Shown here piece by piece: positions 39,068 to 49,115 of a stretch of 64,000 bases of DNA. Under the pieces are notes generated by a model. The model did not search any database. It was not told where the DNA came from and worked only from the letters and a program-made list of their open reading frames with translations. How positions within the stretch are numbered: position 1 is the first letter of the stretch; each line of letters starts with the position of its first letter. Made by a program: the position numbers and the translations under genes. The stretch comes from Candidatus Latescibacterota bacterium. GTDB lineage: Bacteria; Krumholzibacteriota; Krumholzibacteriia; WVZY01; JAKEHA01. The DNA lies in assembly GCA_963707635.1 (NCBI GenBank), contig OY970173.1, positions 2,208,001-2,272,000 on the forward strand. The letters are read 5' to 3'.

Positions 39068-39670
39068 CTAGTCGTTGCGCAGCGTCACGCGCGTGTCCGC
39101 GGTAACCTCGCCGCCGCGGTCGGTTTGTGTGGTCAGCGTGATGCCGATCGACTTGACGCGGTCCAGGTCGGCGGCGGCGATCGGTGTTGCCAGCGGCTGA
39201 TCGGTCGCGTCGAAATACGTGAACGAAAAACTGGACACGTTTCGGATCATGACCTGCGGACCCGTCCCGGGGTCGCGAATGACCGCCTGCTGGCCGGCGT
39301 CGTAGTAGTAGAGGACGTTTTCCGAAGGCTCTACCGTTTCGATGGCGCGGTCGCCGTCGTAGTCCGCCTGTACGTGCGCGCTGTCCGCCTTCGCTGCGAG
39401 CAGCGGCGCGAAACCCGCAAGTCCGGGGTCACACCCGGCCGTCCGCAGCTCGGTGACCATGACCGAGAGTCCGACGCGCGCGTTCATCTGCTGGCCCGCC
39501 CGCACTGCGGTTGTGCCGTAGAGACGGTTGGAGGAGAAGAACACGCCGTTCAAGACCGCCAGCACAATCCCGAAGATCATTACGGCCATGATGAGCTCGA
39601 CGAGCGTCACGCCCTTTTCGCCCAACCGGGCGAGGCCGCTTCCGTGGCATATGGTTGATTTCTTGTTCAT
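39068..39670 (-). CDS. pilW: PilW-like minor pilin
   Basis: KG|VTLVELIMAV, QQMNAR..L..M.TELRTAG.DP, C-terminal VTLRN. Confidence 0.82.
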   Translation of the reverse strand: MNKKSTICHGSGLARLGEKGVTLVELIMAVMIFGIVLAVLNGVFFSSNRLYGTTAVRAGQQMNARVGLSVMVTELRTAGCDPGLAGFAPLLAAKADSAHVQADYDGDRAIETVEPSENVLYYYDAGQQAVIRDPGTGPQVMIRNVSSFSFTYFDATDQPLATPIAAADLDRVKSIGITLTTQTDRGGEVTADTRVTLRND

Positions 39671-40044
39671 CGCATCGACAACCGGTTGATGACTGCTATG
39701 CTCATGGGCCGGCCACGCTCGGTCCAGTTGACCGTGACGGTGACCTGGTCGAGCCCCAGGGAAACGTTCTGCACGCTTTGTATCCATTGATAGTTGCCGA
39801 CAACTCCCGTGTCGGTAGCCGCAACCCCGAAGCCCAACGTCTTCGCGGTCTCCATCTGGAGCTGGGCCAGCGCGAGAGCCTCGGTCTGGCGCCCCGAATC
39901 GACCACTTCCTGCTGCGCCCGCGTCTGTACGAAGGCGAGCGGCAGCAATCCGATCGCCAGGACGACGAGCACCACCATCAGCTCGACGAGGCTGAAACCG
40001 CGCTCGTCGCCCTGCCGAATCATGCGGGAATGATCAGTACGCAT
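39667..40044 (-). CDS. pilV: PilV-like minor pilin
   Basis: RG|FSLVELMVVLVVLAIGLL, ALALAQ..ME, VTVTVNW. Confidence 0.8.
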   Translation of the reverse strand: MRTDHSRMIRQGDERGFSLVELMVVLVVLAIGLLPLAFVQTRAQQEVVDSGRQTEALALAQLQMETAKTLGFGVAATDTGVVGNYQWIQSVQNVSLGLDQVTVTVNWTERGRPMSIAVINRLSMR

Positions 40045-40471
40045 GTTCGACCGATCCGGTGGGGAGCACGCTGACGCCCTTGGTTCCGGCGTTGCCGGAC
40101 ATGGTGATGTTGGCGGCATCCGAGAGTCCCCACGCGTAGAAGTTCGGATTCACGTCGGCCGCGAAGGCGACCCCGCTGGGCGCCGTAATGGTCCGGACCA
40201 CGCTGCCGTCCGACGTATCCACGATGCTGTACGAGTCCGGCTGGAACTGCATTGAGAAGGTCCGCCGGTTCGAGATGGCCAGCGACCGCGCGTAGTAGAT
40301 GTCGGCGATCATCTGGTTGCGTGCTCCGTCCAGGCGGGTCCGTTTGAGGTAGCCCGAGAACGCCGGAACCGCGATCGCGGTCATGATCCCGATGACGGCG
40401 ACCACCACCATGATCTCGGTGAGCGTGTATCCCGCTCGCCCCAAATTGCCAGACTTCGGACGCATACTCAT
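40034..40471 (-). CDS. fimT: FimT/FimU (GspH-like) minor pilin
   Basis: AG|YTLTEIMVVVAVIGI..AIAVP, DIYYARSLAI. Confidence 0.82.
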   Translation of the reverse strand: MSMRPKSGNLGRAGYTLTEIMVVVAVIGIMTAIAVPAFSGYLKRTRLDGARNQMIADIYYARSLAISNRRTFSMQFQPDSYSIVDTSDGSVVRTITAPSGVAFAADVNPNFYAWGLSDAANITMSGNAGTKGVSVLPTGSVEHAY

Positions 40472-40486
40472 CACGGGCTGGGTCGC

Positions 40487-40502
40487 TGCAAGCGATGTGC
40501 CA
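40487..40502 (-). promoter_or_regulatory. Sigma54 promoter of the minor pilin-pilY1 operon
   Basis: TGGCAC-ATCGC-TTGCA, perfect -24/-12 consensus. Confidence 0.8.
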
Positions 40503-40655
40503 CGTTTCTGGGGGCGCCCGGGGCCCCAACCCACCCCAACCGACAACCCCCGGCCGCACCGGCGCCGGCCCTCCGGAAGCGCGTGCGCCATCTGGCCACG
40601 CATCCTGCCCGCCCGGCTCAGCCAGGCCACTGGCTCACGCCGGCCCGGAAACGCA

Positions 40656-40686
40656 AGGCGGCGGAGCGCTATGCACTCCGCCGCCT
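40656..40686 (-). terminator. Hairpin downstream of pilQ
   Basis: AGGCGGCGGAG...CTCCGCCGCCT stem followed by TGCGTTT on the minus strand. Confidence 0.55.
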
Positions 40687-40727
40687 GGCACGAACCCACC
40701 CACGGGTTTCACTCTCGGAGAACGGGC

Positions 40728-42671
40728 CTACCCCACCAGTTTCGGGGTCACGAAGATGATCAGCTCGCGCTTCTGCTTGGTCTTCGACTCGTAGCGGAAG
40801 AGCGGGCCGAGCAGCGGCACGTCCTTGAGGACCGGCACGCCGGAGCGCAGCGAGCTTTCGACCTCGCTGATCAGGCCGCCGATGACCGCCGTCTCGCCGT
40901 TGCCGACGACGACGCGGGTATCGGCTTCCTGCAGGCTGATGATCACGCCACCCTGAACCGTCGCCTGCGAGGACAGGTCCGACAGCTCCGGATGGAGGTC
41001 CATGGTGATGGTTCCGTCGTCGTTGACGTGCGGAGTCACCATCAGGATGACGCCGATCTTCTTCAACTCGGTGATCGGATTACCCGCCTCGTCACTGACG
41101 ATGAGGGGAATCTCCTTGCCGACCATGATCCGGGCCTGCTGGTTGTCGGCCGTGGTCACGTGCGGGTTGGAGACGATGTTGGCCTTGTTGTCCTTCTCGA
41201 GCGCCTCGAGCACCAGATTCAACTCGCCCCACGACTGCACGGTTCCGGCGCGAAGCGTTCCAAATGGATCCGCCAGGCGCTGGCCGGTCACGATGTCGCC
41301 GGCCCCGTTGTTGCCGAACTGGAGATTCATCGCTTCCCAGTTCACGCCGAGTTCACGGGTGGCCTGGTGGTCGACGTCGACCATCTTGGCCACGATCTCC
41401 ACCTGGCGAAGCTTCTGGTCCATATCCTTGATGATCTGAACCAGCCGGTCGATATTCGCCGGAACCTCGGCGATCACGACGGAGTTTGTTCCCTTCTCCG
41501 CCTCGACCTTGCCGCGCGGCGTGGTGCTCTTGCTCAACGCCTGCTTGACTTCGGTCGCGTTCAGGTAGTTCAGCTTGACCACCTGGGTGCGCAGCGACGC
41601 CATTTCCTCTTTCTTGCGCTCCACGGTGACGGCCTTGACTTCGTCCTCCTGGAGCTGGTCGACAGGGGCGACACGGATGATGCCGTAGTCTTCGCGCCAC
41701 CCGTACCCCTGGCTCTTGAGGATGGTGTCGAGCGCTTCCTTCCACGGCACGTTCTTCAGGTGAATGACCACCGCGCCCTCGACTTCGGGGCCGGCGATAA
41801 TGTTGACGCCCGAGAACTCGGAAACGCTGCGCAGCACCGTCTTGATGTCGGCGCCCTGGACGTCGATGGTCATGGCCTGATTGGACAGCGTGCTGCCGTA
41901 GACCGGAGTGGACATCTCGGCGGCAACGCGGGTCGTGTTCCGTGCCATGGCGATATCGTCCTTGGCGGGCACCGCCTCGTTCTCCGAGGGGGCCGGCCAC
42001 GCGTTCGAGAGCTCGTCATCCGCCGACGACGTCGCGGGCTGCGCCTGCCATTCGTCGGCCGCCGGCTGCGGCGCGGGCTCGACCGGCTTCGCTTCCGCTT
42101 CGGCCGGCTGGGGTGCGGCCTCGGCCGGCTGCGCGGGAGGCGTCGTCACCTCGGCGACCGAGTCGGCCGCCGGGGCGGGAGCCGCCGCGGGCGCCGCGCT
42201 CGCGGGGGCCGGCGCGGGAGCGGCAGTCGGCGCGTCGCCGAAGAGGCTCGCGCCCATGACCTCCGCCGTCTGCGAGAAGCTCACCTCGAGAGCGGTACCC
42301 CTGCGGGTCACCTTATAATGAGTGCCGTCCGCCAGCTCGAAGACGACTCGCGTCACCAGGTCGGGCTCGGACTTGAACTGGCTCGCGCGTATCGCGGTCA
42401 CGAGCTTGCCGTCCGCCGTCAGCGTCTGGGGCTCGACCAGGTTACGCACGCCCACCAGATCAATCACCAGCCGCGAGGGCTCGGTCATCGTGTATTCCTG
42501 GTACTGGACGACGCCCGACGGGTTGATCGTGTAGGTCGTCGACGTCGGCGTCTGCGCGAGCTCGACCTTGTCGAGCTTCGTCACTTCGCCGCCGGCCACC
42601 GACGCCAGCGCGACCAGGCCCGCGACCAGCGTCGCGAGGATAGTCACTTGTATTCCAGACAGTCTTTTCAT
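40728..42671 (-). CDS. pilQ: Type IV pilus secretin PilQ with AMIN domain
   Basis: PSRLVIDL (AMIN), Pro/Ala linker, LKNVPWKEALD.IL, QVEIVAKMV, GETAVIGGL, GVPVLKDVPLLG.LF, ELIIFVTP. Confidence 0.95.
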   Translation of the reverse strand: MKRLSGIQVTILATLVAGLVALASVAGGEVTKLDKVELAQTPTSTTYTINPSGVVQYQEYTMTEPSRLVIDLVGVRNLVEPQTLTADGKLVTAIRASQFKSEPDLVTRVVFELADGTHYKVTRRGTALEVSFSQTAEVMGASLFGDAPTAAPAPAPASAAPAAAPAPAADSVAEVTTPPAQPAEAAPQPAEAEAKPVEPAPQPAADEWQAQPATSSADDELSNAWPAPSENEAVPAKDDIAMARNTTRVAAEMSTPVYGSTLSNQAMTIDVQGADIKTVLRSVSEFSGVNIIAGPEVEGAVVIHLKNVPWKEALDTILKSQGYGWREDYGIIRVAPVDQLQEDEVKAVTVERKKEEMASLRTQVVKLNYLNATEVKQALSKSTTPRGKVEAEKGTNSVVIAEVPANIDRLVQIIKDMDQKLRQVEIVAKMVDVDHQATRELGVNWEAMNLQFGNNGAGDIVTGQRLADPFGTLRAGTVQSWGELNLVLEALEKDNKANIVSNPHVTTADNQQARIMVGKEIPLIVSDEAGNPITELKKIGVILMVTPHVNDDGTITMDLHPELSDLSSQATVQGGVIISLQEADTRVVVGNGETAVIGGLISEVESSLRSGVPVLKDVPLLGPLFRYESKTKQKRELIIFVTPKLVG

Positions 42672-42685
42672 CGTTCCACTCCTTC

Positions 42686-43183
42686 TTATCGACCAATGAG
42701 GCGCAGTCTGACTGTCGTCGTCTGACCGAAGTTGGTGACGCGAGCCACCAGTTCATCTTCGCCGATCGAAACCACGCTGCCGTTGTGCACGCGGTCACCG
42801 ACGCGCAGAATGTAGCTGTACCCCTGCGTGTCCTCGAGCAGGGCAAAGCGATCCACTTCGCCACGCACGACACCGACCAGTTGCACGGCGCTCAAGTTGA
42901 CCAGGTCCATCTTGTCGCTCTGGTTGAAGGCGCCCTCCACCAGCGACCGGAACGGATCCCGATGGTTGAATGCATCGTAGTAGTAGAGGTTTTCACGCAG
43001 GACGACCTTGCCCTCGGCGTTGACCGTGGGCGTCACCGTCGCGGGGCTGCCCGGAGCCGGCACCGCCGTCGAGTCCGCGGGCGCGCTCACCTGCGCGCGC
43101 ACCAGTACCGCGAAGGACGCGGCGCAGAGGAACGCGGCGGCAATGCTAGTCGTTGCTCGCGTGCTGATCATTGACGGTCTCAT
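42686..43183 (-). CDS. pilP: PilP-like protein
   Basis: Y...RDPF.SL, LVGVV, ALLED.QG..Y..RVGD; located between pilO and pilQ. Confidence 0.8.
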   Translation of the reverse strand: MRPSMISTRATTSIAAAFLCAASFAVLVRAQVSAPADSTAVPAPGSPATVTPTVNAEGKVVLRENLYYYDAFNHRDPFRSLVEGAFNQSDKMDLVNLSAVQLVGVVRGEVDRFALLEDTQGYSYILRVGDRVHNGSVVSIGEDELVARVTNFGQTTTVRLRLIGR

Positions 43184-43823
43184 TGGTAACACCTCCGAGC
43201 AGCGTATAGGCGGTGAGGGTGAATTTCGCTTCCACCGTGTTGTTGGAGCGGCTGGCGACGTTCTTGGTCGCGTCGTCCGCCTTCTTCTTGCTGGTGCTGG
43301 TCTTCTTCTTCCCGCCCTTCAACTCCTTGGGCTGGCCCAGAACCATGTCCGACACGTTCACGATGCGATCCATGTTGGCGAGGCGGCCGATGAAGGATCC
43401 CACCTGGTGGTAGTTGCCCCGCACGGTCACCGCGATCGGGTGCTCGGAATGGAATTCCTTGGTGATGACCGCCTTGGGCTCGAACAGCGCGAATTCGACC
43501 CCGGCGCGGCTTCCCGCCATGGTCACCTGCCGCAGCAGTTCGGGCATTTCCTTCTCTTCGGGGAGGAGCTCCTGCGCCGCGAGCCACTGATCGTGGAGGC
43601 GCTCATACTCCGCCTCCAGCCGCGCGAGGTCGCCGACAACCTTGCGCGCTTTCTCTACCTCGGCCGCGAGGCGCTCGTGCTCGACTTCGAGCTGCGCGAT
43701 CTTCGCCTTGCGCGCCGGGTAGCTGAACGGCAGGAACGAGGTACCGAAGTACACGTATCCCGCGGCGATCAACGCGACCACGCCGATTGCGATTTTTTGT
43801 GTCTTTGGATCTTTGAGGCTCAT
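43146..43823 (-). CDS. pilO: Type IV pilus assembly protein PilO
   Basis: TM plus coiled coil, LPEEKEMPELL, GNYHQVGSF...LANMDRIVNV. Confidence 0.92.
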   Translation of the reverse strand: MSLKDPKTQKIAIGVVALIAAGYVYFGTSFLPFSYPARKAKIAQLEVEHERLAAEVEKARKVVGDLARLEAEYERLHDQWLAAQELLPEEKEMPELLRQVTMAGSRAGVEFALFEPKAVITKEFHSEHPIAVTVRGNYHQVGSFIGRLANMDRIVNVSDMVLGQPKELKGGKKKTSTSKKKADDATKNVASRSNNTVEAKFTLTAYTLLGGVTNETVNDQHASND

Positions 43824-43887
43824 GGTTACCCTTCCCTCTATGCCTGGTCGGCGGTCCGACACCGCCGTTCGGTGTCGTGCATCCGGT

Positions 43888-44448
43888 TCAGTCCACCAGT
43901 TTGGCGTTCAGATCGAACTTGACCACCCGGACGCTCTCGATCTCACCTTCCTGGGCGCGAACCAGCGCCACCTCCGCAAATCGGCCCGACCGCTCGAGAC
44001 TCGTCATCAGATCGGCGATGATGAAGTTCGAGAAGGTGACGCCTTCGATCGTCAGCTTCGAGCCGCCGCTTTCGCTAACTTCCGTGATCCAGCAGTTGTC
44101 GGGCAGCGTGCCCGCCAGGTCGTTCATCATGCGCACCCGCTGGTACCGGTCCTTGTCCAGCGCGGCGATGATGGCCAGGCGCTTGTTGACTTCCTCGCGC
44201 TCCGCCTGGAGCTTGCGGATCCGGGCGAGCTGCGGCGCCAGGCGCTCGGACTCTTCTTTGAGGGCCGCGATCTTGGTTTCGTATTCCGTGATCTTGCGGC
44301 TCTGGAGCACCCAGATTCCCGCCACGGCGCCGGCGTACACGAAGATACCGAGCGACACCCACAGGACGGCGCCACCCGATATCGTCGGGAGACTGATCTT
44401 GCGCCGCGACGATCGTTCGTCGCTCGGGAGCAGGTTGATGCGAATCAT
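43888..44448 (-). CDS. pilN: Type IV pilus assembly protein PilN
   Basis: MIRINLLP motif, TM, coiled coil, LPDNCWIT. Confidence 0.93.
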   Translation of the reverse strand: MIRINLLPSDERSSRRKISLPTISGGAVLWVSLGIFVYAGAVAGIWVLQSRKITEYETKIAALKEESERLAPQLARIRKLQAEREEVNKRLAIIAALDKDRYQRVRMMNDLAGTLPDNCWITEVSESGGSKLTIEGVTFSNFIIADLMTSLERSGRFAEVALVRAQEGEIESVRVVKFDLNAKLVD

Positions 44449-45510
44449 CTACTTCGCCTCCCTTCGCAGCGCGAGACCGAGCGCGACCGTGAGCAGGGGT
44501 CCGACCCGCTCCACGTCGTCGCCCGTACCATCGAACAACCCCTCGGCGCGCGCCACCTGGGCGACGGCCGTGTTGGTCTGAAAGTCGATGCCGTGCTTTT
44601 CGGAAAGAATCTCGCGCAGGAACGGCACACACGCGCCGCCGCCCGAGAGCGCGGCGTGGTCGATCCGATCCGCGTCGCCCGCGGTCTTGAGGAAGGCGAT
44701 CGACCGCTCGATTCCCATCGAGATGTCGTTGGCCGCCTCGGCGATGACCTGCCGGAACCGGTTCGGGTCGTCGATTTCAGCGGCACCGGAAAGCATGTTT
44801 TCCGCCTCTTCGAAGGTGACCCCGAGTTCGCGCTGCACGGCTTCGACGAACACGTTGCTGCCGACGCCGAGGTCGCGGGTAAAGTACGGGATGTTGTTTT
44901 GGATGATGTTGATGTTGGTCAGGTCGGAACCGATATTGACCAGGCCGATGACGCGGCCGGCGGTGCTGTGGCCGATCGATTCCACCGCGTTTTGAATCGC
45001 GAACGAGTCCACGTCGATGATCACCGGGGTGAGCCCGGCTTCCTTGACGATGGCCGCGTGCGCGTTGACCATTTCCTTCTTTGCGGCGACCAGCAGGATT
45101 TCCATCTGGTTGGCGCCGACGTCGTCGTTCAACACCTGAAAGTCGAGGCACACGTCGTCGATATCGAACGGAACGTGCTGCTCGGCCTCCCAGAAGATGG
45201 CCTCCTTGGCGTCGTCCGGGTTCATCTTGTCCATCACGACCTTCTTCACGATGACCGCGCGACCCGAGACGGCGGTGACGACGTTGCGGGTCGTGACCCC
45301 GGCCTTCGCCATGCATTCCTGGATGCCCTGGACGACAAGGCTCTGATCCATGATCTCGCCCTCGACGATCGCTTCGGTCGGCAGCTTCACGATTCCGTAC
45401 TTCGTGAGCACCGGCTCGTCGTTGGAGTGATCGATTTCGACGACCTTGATCAGGCTGGAACCGATGTCCAGCCCGACGGACGTCTTGCTCTTGCGCGAGA
45501 ACAACTTCAT
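44449..45510 (-). CDS. pilM: Type IV pilus assembly protein PilM
   Basis: VGLDIGSSLIK, EAEQHVPFDI, LVAAKKE, IDVDSFA, LSGGGA, ALGLALR. Confidence 0.95.
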   Translation of the reverse strand: MKLFSRKSKTSVGLDIGSSLIKVVEIDHSNDEPVLTKYGIVKLPTEAIVEGEIMDQSLVVQGIQECMAKAGVTTRNVVTAVSGRAVIVKKVVMDKMNPDDAKEAIFWEAEQHVPFDIDDVCLDFQVLNDDVGANQMEILLVAAKKEMVNAHAAIVKEAGLTPVIIDVDSFAIQNAVESIGHSTAGRVIGLVNIGSDLTNINIIQNNIPYFTRDLGVGSNVFVEAVQRELGVTFEEAENMLSGAAEIDDPNRFRQVIAEAANDISMGIERSIAFLKTAGDADRIDHAALSGGGACVPFLREILSEKHGIDFQTNTAVAQVARAEGLFDGTGDDVERVGPLLTVALGLALRREAK

Positions 45511-45613
45511 CACGTCACCAGCCTTGAGCTTTGTTCGGACGAACGACTCGCCCAGGTCGCACCGCTAAGTGAAACAGTCATGTGCAAATACAGCTTGCCG
45601 CGGGCGGCGATCT

Positions 45614-45629
45614 CGCAACAAACATGCCA
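45614..45629 (-). promoter_or_regulatory. Sigma54 promoter of pilMNOPQ
   Basis: TGGCAT-GTTTG-TTGCG. Confidence 0.75.
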
Positions 45630-45736
45630 GCGATGGGGCGAGCAACGGTGCATGCGTCCCCGTATTAACTGGCTATACCCGAACAAGTTATTGTCCGGCG
45701 TGCGCGTTTCGGCCCGCTCCGGGCGGGAGTCCGACG

Positions 45737-45747
45737 TGCAATCTGCA
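45737..45747. promoter_or_regulatory. Candidate enhancer-binding-protein site upstream of pilM
   Basis: TGCAATCTGCA, 108 bp upstream of the sigma54 element. Confidence 0.45.
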
Positions 45748-45762
45748 TCCGCGCGACGTGCA

Positions 45763-46548
45763 TTAGTGGGGGAGCCGGACCGCGCCCAGATAGAGGGCCA
45801 GCAGGCGTTCGCCGACGAACCACATGAGGCAGGCCGCCGGCGCGAGAAACGACCCGAACGCGACCGCGGTCTGCCCGTCGCCGCCTGCGCGGCGCATCAG
45901 GTAGACGCCATAGATGCTGCCCGCGGTCGCCGCCACCAGCAGCACCGCGAATACCATTTGCCAGCCGAGAAACGCCCCGATCATCGCCATGAGCTTCACG
46001 TCTCCCCCGCCCATCCCGTCGACCTTCCGCGCCGCCTTGTAGGCGAAAGCGATCAGGAGAATCAGCCCCGCCCCCACCGCCGAACCCACCAGCGAGTCGA
46101 CCACGGTGAGGTCGAGACAGACCAACGCGCCCACCCAGCCGAGCAGGGTGCCCCCGATCGAAAGGGGATCCGGGATGATCTGATGTTCCCAGTCGATGAA
46201 CGTGATCGCGATCATGATCGCGATGAAGGCGAACGCCCACGCACCCTCGAGGGTCCATCCGCCGAACGCCGTCGCGCCCACCGCGCCCACCCCGGTCAGC
46301 AGCTCCACCAGCGGGTAGCGAATCGGTATCTTCCAGCCGCACCGTCGACACCGGCCGCGGAGCAGCGCGTAGCTCGCCAGCGGCACGTTGTCGTACCACG
46401 CAATGGTCGCGCGGCACTGCGGGCACATCGACCGCCCTTTGACGACGGACTCGCCGCGGGGAACGCGATGGATGACCACGTTCAGGAAGCTCCCGATCAA
46501 CGCGCCCGGCAGAAAAGCGAGCAGTGGCCACCCCAGGTCAGCTGTCAT
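45763..46548 (-). CDS. pilD: Prepilin peptidase
   Basis: GSFLNVVIHRVP, CPQC, CRRC, RYPLVE, IDWEHQIIPD, MGGGDVKL, FGSFLA. Confidence 0.96.
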   Translation of the reverse strand: MTADLGWPLLAFLPGALIGSFLNVVIHRVPRGESVVKGRSMCPQCRATIAWYDNVPLASYALLRGRCRRCGWKIPIRYPLVELLTGVGAVGATAFGGWTLEGAWAFAFIAIMIAITFIDWEHQIIPDPLSIGGTLLGWVGALVCLDLTVVDSLVGSAVGAGLILLIAFAYKAARKVDGMGGGDVKLMAMIGAFLGWQMVFAVLLVAATAGSIYGVYLMRRAGGDGQTAVAFGSFLAPAACLMWFVGERLLALYLGAVRLPH

Positions 46549-47242
46549 GGCGCACCTCCGCTTTCGGCCCCCGATGGCCACGCGCGTCCTCGCCGCTGCG
46601 CAACCGCTCGATGTAGCGCTGGGCCAGCTCGCGCATGTACGGCTGGTCCGTCTCCCGGGCCAATTCTTCCCACATCCGGATCGACGTCTCCGTGTGCCCC
46701 GCCTTCGAGTAAACGAACGCGGCAAAACGGCGCGCCTGGTCGCGGCCGCCGGGCATCCGCCCGGCGAGCTCGAAGTAGCGCGCCGCCTGCTCGGCGTCGT
46801 GCGCCACCGTGTAATGCAGGAAACCGATTTCGAACGGAAGCTCCCAGTCCTCCGGGTTGTGCTCCATGCCCCGCTTCAGGACCGCAACGCCACGCTCCAG
46901 GTCGCCCATGTCCTGCGCCATGACCACGGCGCCGAACAGGTATGGAAAGATGAAGTGGGGGTCGAGCTCGGTGACGATCTCGATCAAGCCGTCGAAGTAG
47001 GCGAGGTCGTGCTCGCTCTTCGCGTAGCCGCCGTAGTACTGCACGGCCTGGAACCAGGTCAGGTCGGCCGCGATCTCGCGGTAACCGAGCGAGGTCTGTT
47101 CGACGAGCTTCCCCGACGGGAGGTAGAGATTGCCCTCCAGGTAAGGGCGCACCCGATATTCCTGCACGTGGGCGGTGGCGAGCGCGAACGCCGCCACGAC
47201 CCCCACGCCCAGGGGCACCGAGTTGCCGATCCGCAGGTGCAT
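46538..47242 (-). CDS. Pilus-associated TPR-like accessory protein (Myxococcus PilG / Geobacter Xap-like)
   Basis: ADLTWFQAVQYYG, TELDPHF..PY.FGA, L.RG..NP..W.LP..GF; follows the ABC pair next to pilA. Confidence 0.75.
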   Translation of the reverse strand: MHLRIGNSVPLGVGVVAAFALATAHVQEYRVRPYLEGNLYLPSGKLVEQTSLGYREIAADLTWFQAVQYYGGYAKSEHDLAYFDGLIEIVTELDPHFIFPYLFGAVVMAQDMGDLERGVAVLKRGMEHNPEDWELPFEIGFLHYTVAHDAEQAARYFELAGRMPGGRDQARRFAAFVYSKAGHTETSIRMWEELARETDQPYMRELAQRYIERLRSGEDARGHRGPKAEVRHDS

Positions 47243-48006
47243 TAGCTCACTTCCCGCGCCCGAAACACCAGCGTCGCCAGATAGAGCACGACCGCGGTGT
47301 AGGCCAGTGCGTACAGGGTCACGGAGGTCATGAAGCCGTCTAGCAACGGGAGGTTGTGCACGGCTTCGGTGCGGATGTTCAAGAGCTCGAGGTTCGGGAG
47401 CAGATAGTAGGCGCCGGTGGCAACGATGCGCGGAACCGTTCCACCCATGCGCTCGGCAAACACGAGCAAGTCCGACGCGAAGTGCCCGCTCACGACGCAC
47501 GCGATCGTGAACAGGGACCCCAGCAGTGGCGAGCTGAACGACGCGAAGAACGTGAGCAGCGCGGTCACCAGCGCGACCTCGAGCAGGGTCAGGTACACCG
47601 ATCGCAAAATGTTCGCCGTCACCGCCGCCCCGCTCAGAACGAGCACCAGAAAATGCACCGCGGCCATCATCACCACCACCATCGCGATGGTGACCACCGT
47701 CCCGGCGTACTTGCCGAGCACGAATTCGACGCGCGAAATCGGCTTGGCGAGCAGCGCCCGCTGAATGCCCCGTTCCTTCTCCATGTGGAAGGAGCCGGCG
47801 CCCAGTAGCACGATCAGCACCACCGCGAAGATCGAGACCGCCGCCAGGCCGATGTCGACGACGATCTTCTGCTGCGCCCCGACGGCGAGCGGCGAGAGCA
47901 CGTACGAGGAACCCATCAGCAGGGCCGCGAAAATCATGACCACCAGCAGGATGCGCTCCTGCAGGTAGCTTCGAACCGTGAATCGCGCCAGGGCGAGCAT
48001 GGGCAT
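47242..48006 (-). CDS. ABC transporter permease (Myxococcus PilI-like)
   Basis: Six TM segments, EKERG...LLAKPISR.EFVLGKY.G, YYLLPNL. Confidence 0.88.
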   Translation of the reverse strand: MPMLALARFTVRSYLQERILLVVMIFAALLMGSSYVLSPLAVGAQQKIVVDIGLAAVSIFAVVLIVLLGAGSFHMEKERGIQRALLAKPISRVEFVLGKYAGTVVTIAMVVVMMAAVHFLVLVLSGAAVTANILRSVYLTLLEVALVTALLTFFASFSSPLLGSLFTIACVVSGHFASDLLVFAERMGGTVPRIVATGAYYLLPNLELLNIRTEAVHNLPLLDGFMTSVTLYALAYTAVVLYLATLVFRAREVS

Positions 48007-48008
48007 GG

Positions 48009-48986
48009 TTACCGCCGGGTCAACGCCGGCTCGTGTTCTTCGGGCGCGGCGGCCGGGGTTGCGGTCGTCGCGCCGACGGCGTCGACAAACACGTCCTCCA
48101 GCCGCGTGCGCACGGGCCTCACTTCGACCACGCGTCCGTTGGACGCATACACGTCGGCGACCAGCGCCTTGAGCTTCTGGTCGCCGGCGCAGCGCACGAT
48201 CATCAAGTTGTCGCGCGTGAATACCGACTCGACGCCGTACTCGCGGGTGTGGAGCCGGCGTTCGTCGAGCCCGGCAATCGTGACTTCCATCTGGGTCGTG
48301 TGGTCGGAGTAGACCTCGTTGAGGTCGAGCACGCGGGCGATCCTGCCCCCGCTCAGGATGCCGACGCGGTCGCACACCGCTTCGACATCGGGAACGATGT
48401 GGGACGACATCATGATGGTCTTGCCCTGGGCCTTGAGCGCCACCAGGAGTTCGCGCAGCTGCTTGCGCCCGACCGGGTCGAGGCCGCTGTAGGGCTCGTC
48501 CAATAGCAGCAGAGCCGGGTCGTTCATTAACGCGGTGGCAATTCCGAGGCGCTGCCGCATCCCCTTCGAGTAGTGCTGGATGCGGATGGCGCGCTTTTCG
48601 CCCAGGCCGACCAGCTCGATCAACTCGTCCGCCCGCGCGCGCGACGCGCGCCGGGACATGCGAAACAGATCCCCGACCAGCACGAGCATGTCGGCCGCGT
48701 TGAGCTGTGGGTAGAGCCCGACCTCCTCGCCCAGGTAGCCGATCCGCGCCCGGGTGGCGGAAGTGGCGCCTTCCTTCCCGAAGATCATCACGCGACCCTG
48801 GTCGGGCCGGAGCAGACCGAGAATGACTCTCATGGTGGTCGACTTCCCCGCCCCGTTGTGACCGAGGAAGCCGTAGACCTCTCCCGGCTCGAGGGTCAGG
48901 TCGACGCCGCGCAGAACGGGCGTGCGGACACCCCAGAATCCGGCCCGGAAGGCCTTATGGATGCCGTGAAGTTCGAGAATGGGCAT
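48009..48986 (-). CDS. ABC transporter ATP-binding protein (Myxococcus PilH-like)
   Basis: GHNGAGKST, YSKGMRQR, LLLDEP.SGLDP.GR, SSH. Confidence 0.92.
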   Translation of the reverse strand: MPILELHGIHKAFRAGFWGVRTPVLRGVDLTLEPGEVYGFLGHNGAGKSTTMRVILGLLRPDQGRVMIFGKEGATSATRARIGYLGEEVGLYPQLNAADMLVLVGDLFRMSRRASRARADELIELVGLGEKRAIRIQHYSKGMRQRLGIATALMNDPALLLLDEPYSGLDPVGRKQLRELLVALKAQGKTIMMSSHIVPDVEAVCDRVGILSGGRIARVLDLNEVYSDHTTQMEVTIAGLDERRLHTREYGVESVFTRDNLMIVRCAGDQKLKALVADVYASNGRVVEVRPVRTRLEDVFVDAVGATTATPAAAPEEHEPALTRR

Positions 48987-49053
48987 GGTTGGTTTTCGGG
49001 CAAGGGCCCGCCTAAAGGTGCTAGTAGCAGGGTTCGTACCGATTCGCGCCCGG

Positions 49054-49091
49054 AAAAGACTCGGGGCGGGAGCCTTCCGGCTCCCGCCCCG
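49054..49091 (-). terminator. Intrinsic terminator after pilA
   Basis: CGGGGCGGGAGCC-GGAA-GGCTCCCGCCCCG perfect stem followed by AGTCTTTT on the minus strand. Confidence 0.8.
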
Positions 49092-49115
49092 TGTCGTTAC
49101 GCGTCGACGCCCGGC

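Noticed and set aside
40665..40675. PilR-like site upstream of fimT (AGCGCTATGCA)
   Set aside because: Lies inside the pilQ terminator hairpin, is out of helical phase with the other three sites, and matches weakly.
43813..46923. Long plus-strand ORFs (e.g. 1036 aa here; also 35948-38122, 40383-42725, 51904-54150, 42-1274)
   Set aside because: Antisense shadows of well-supported minus-strand genes in high-GC DNA; no recognisable motifs.
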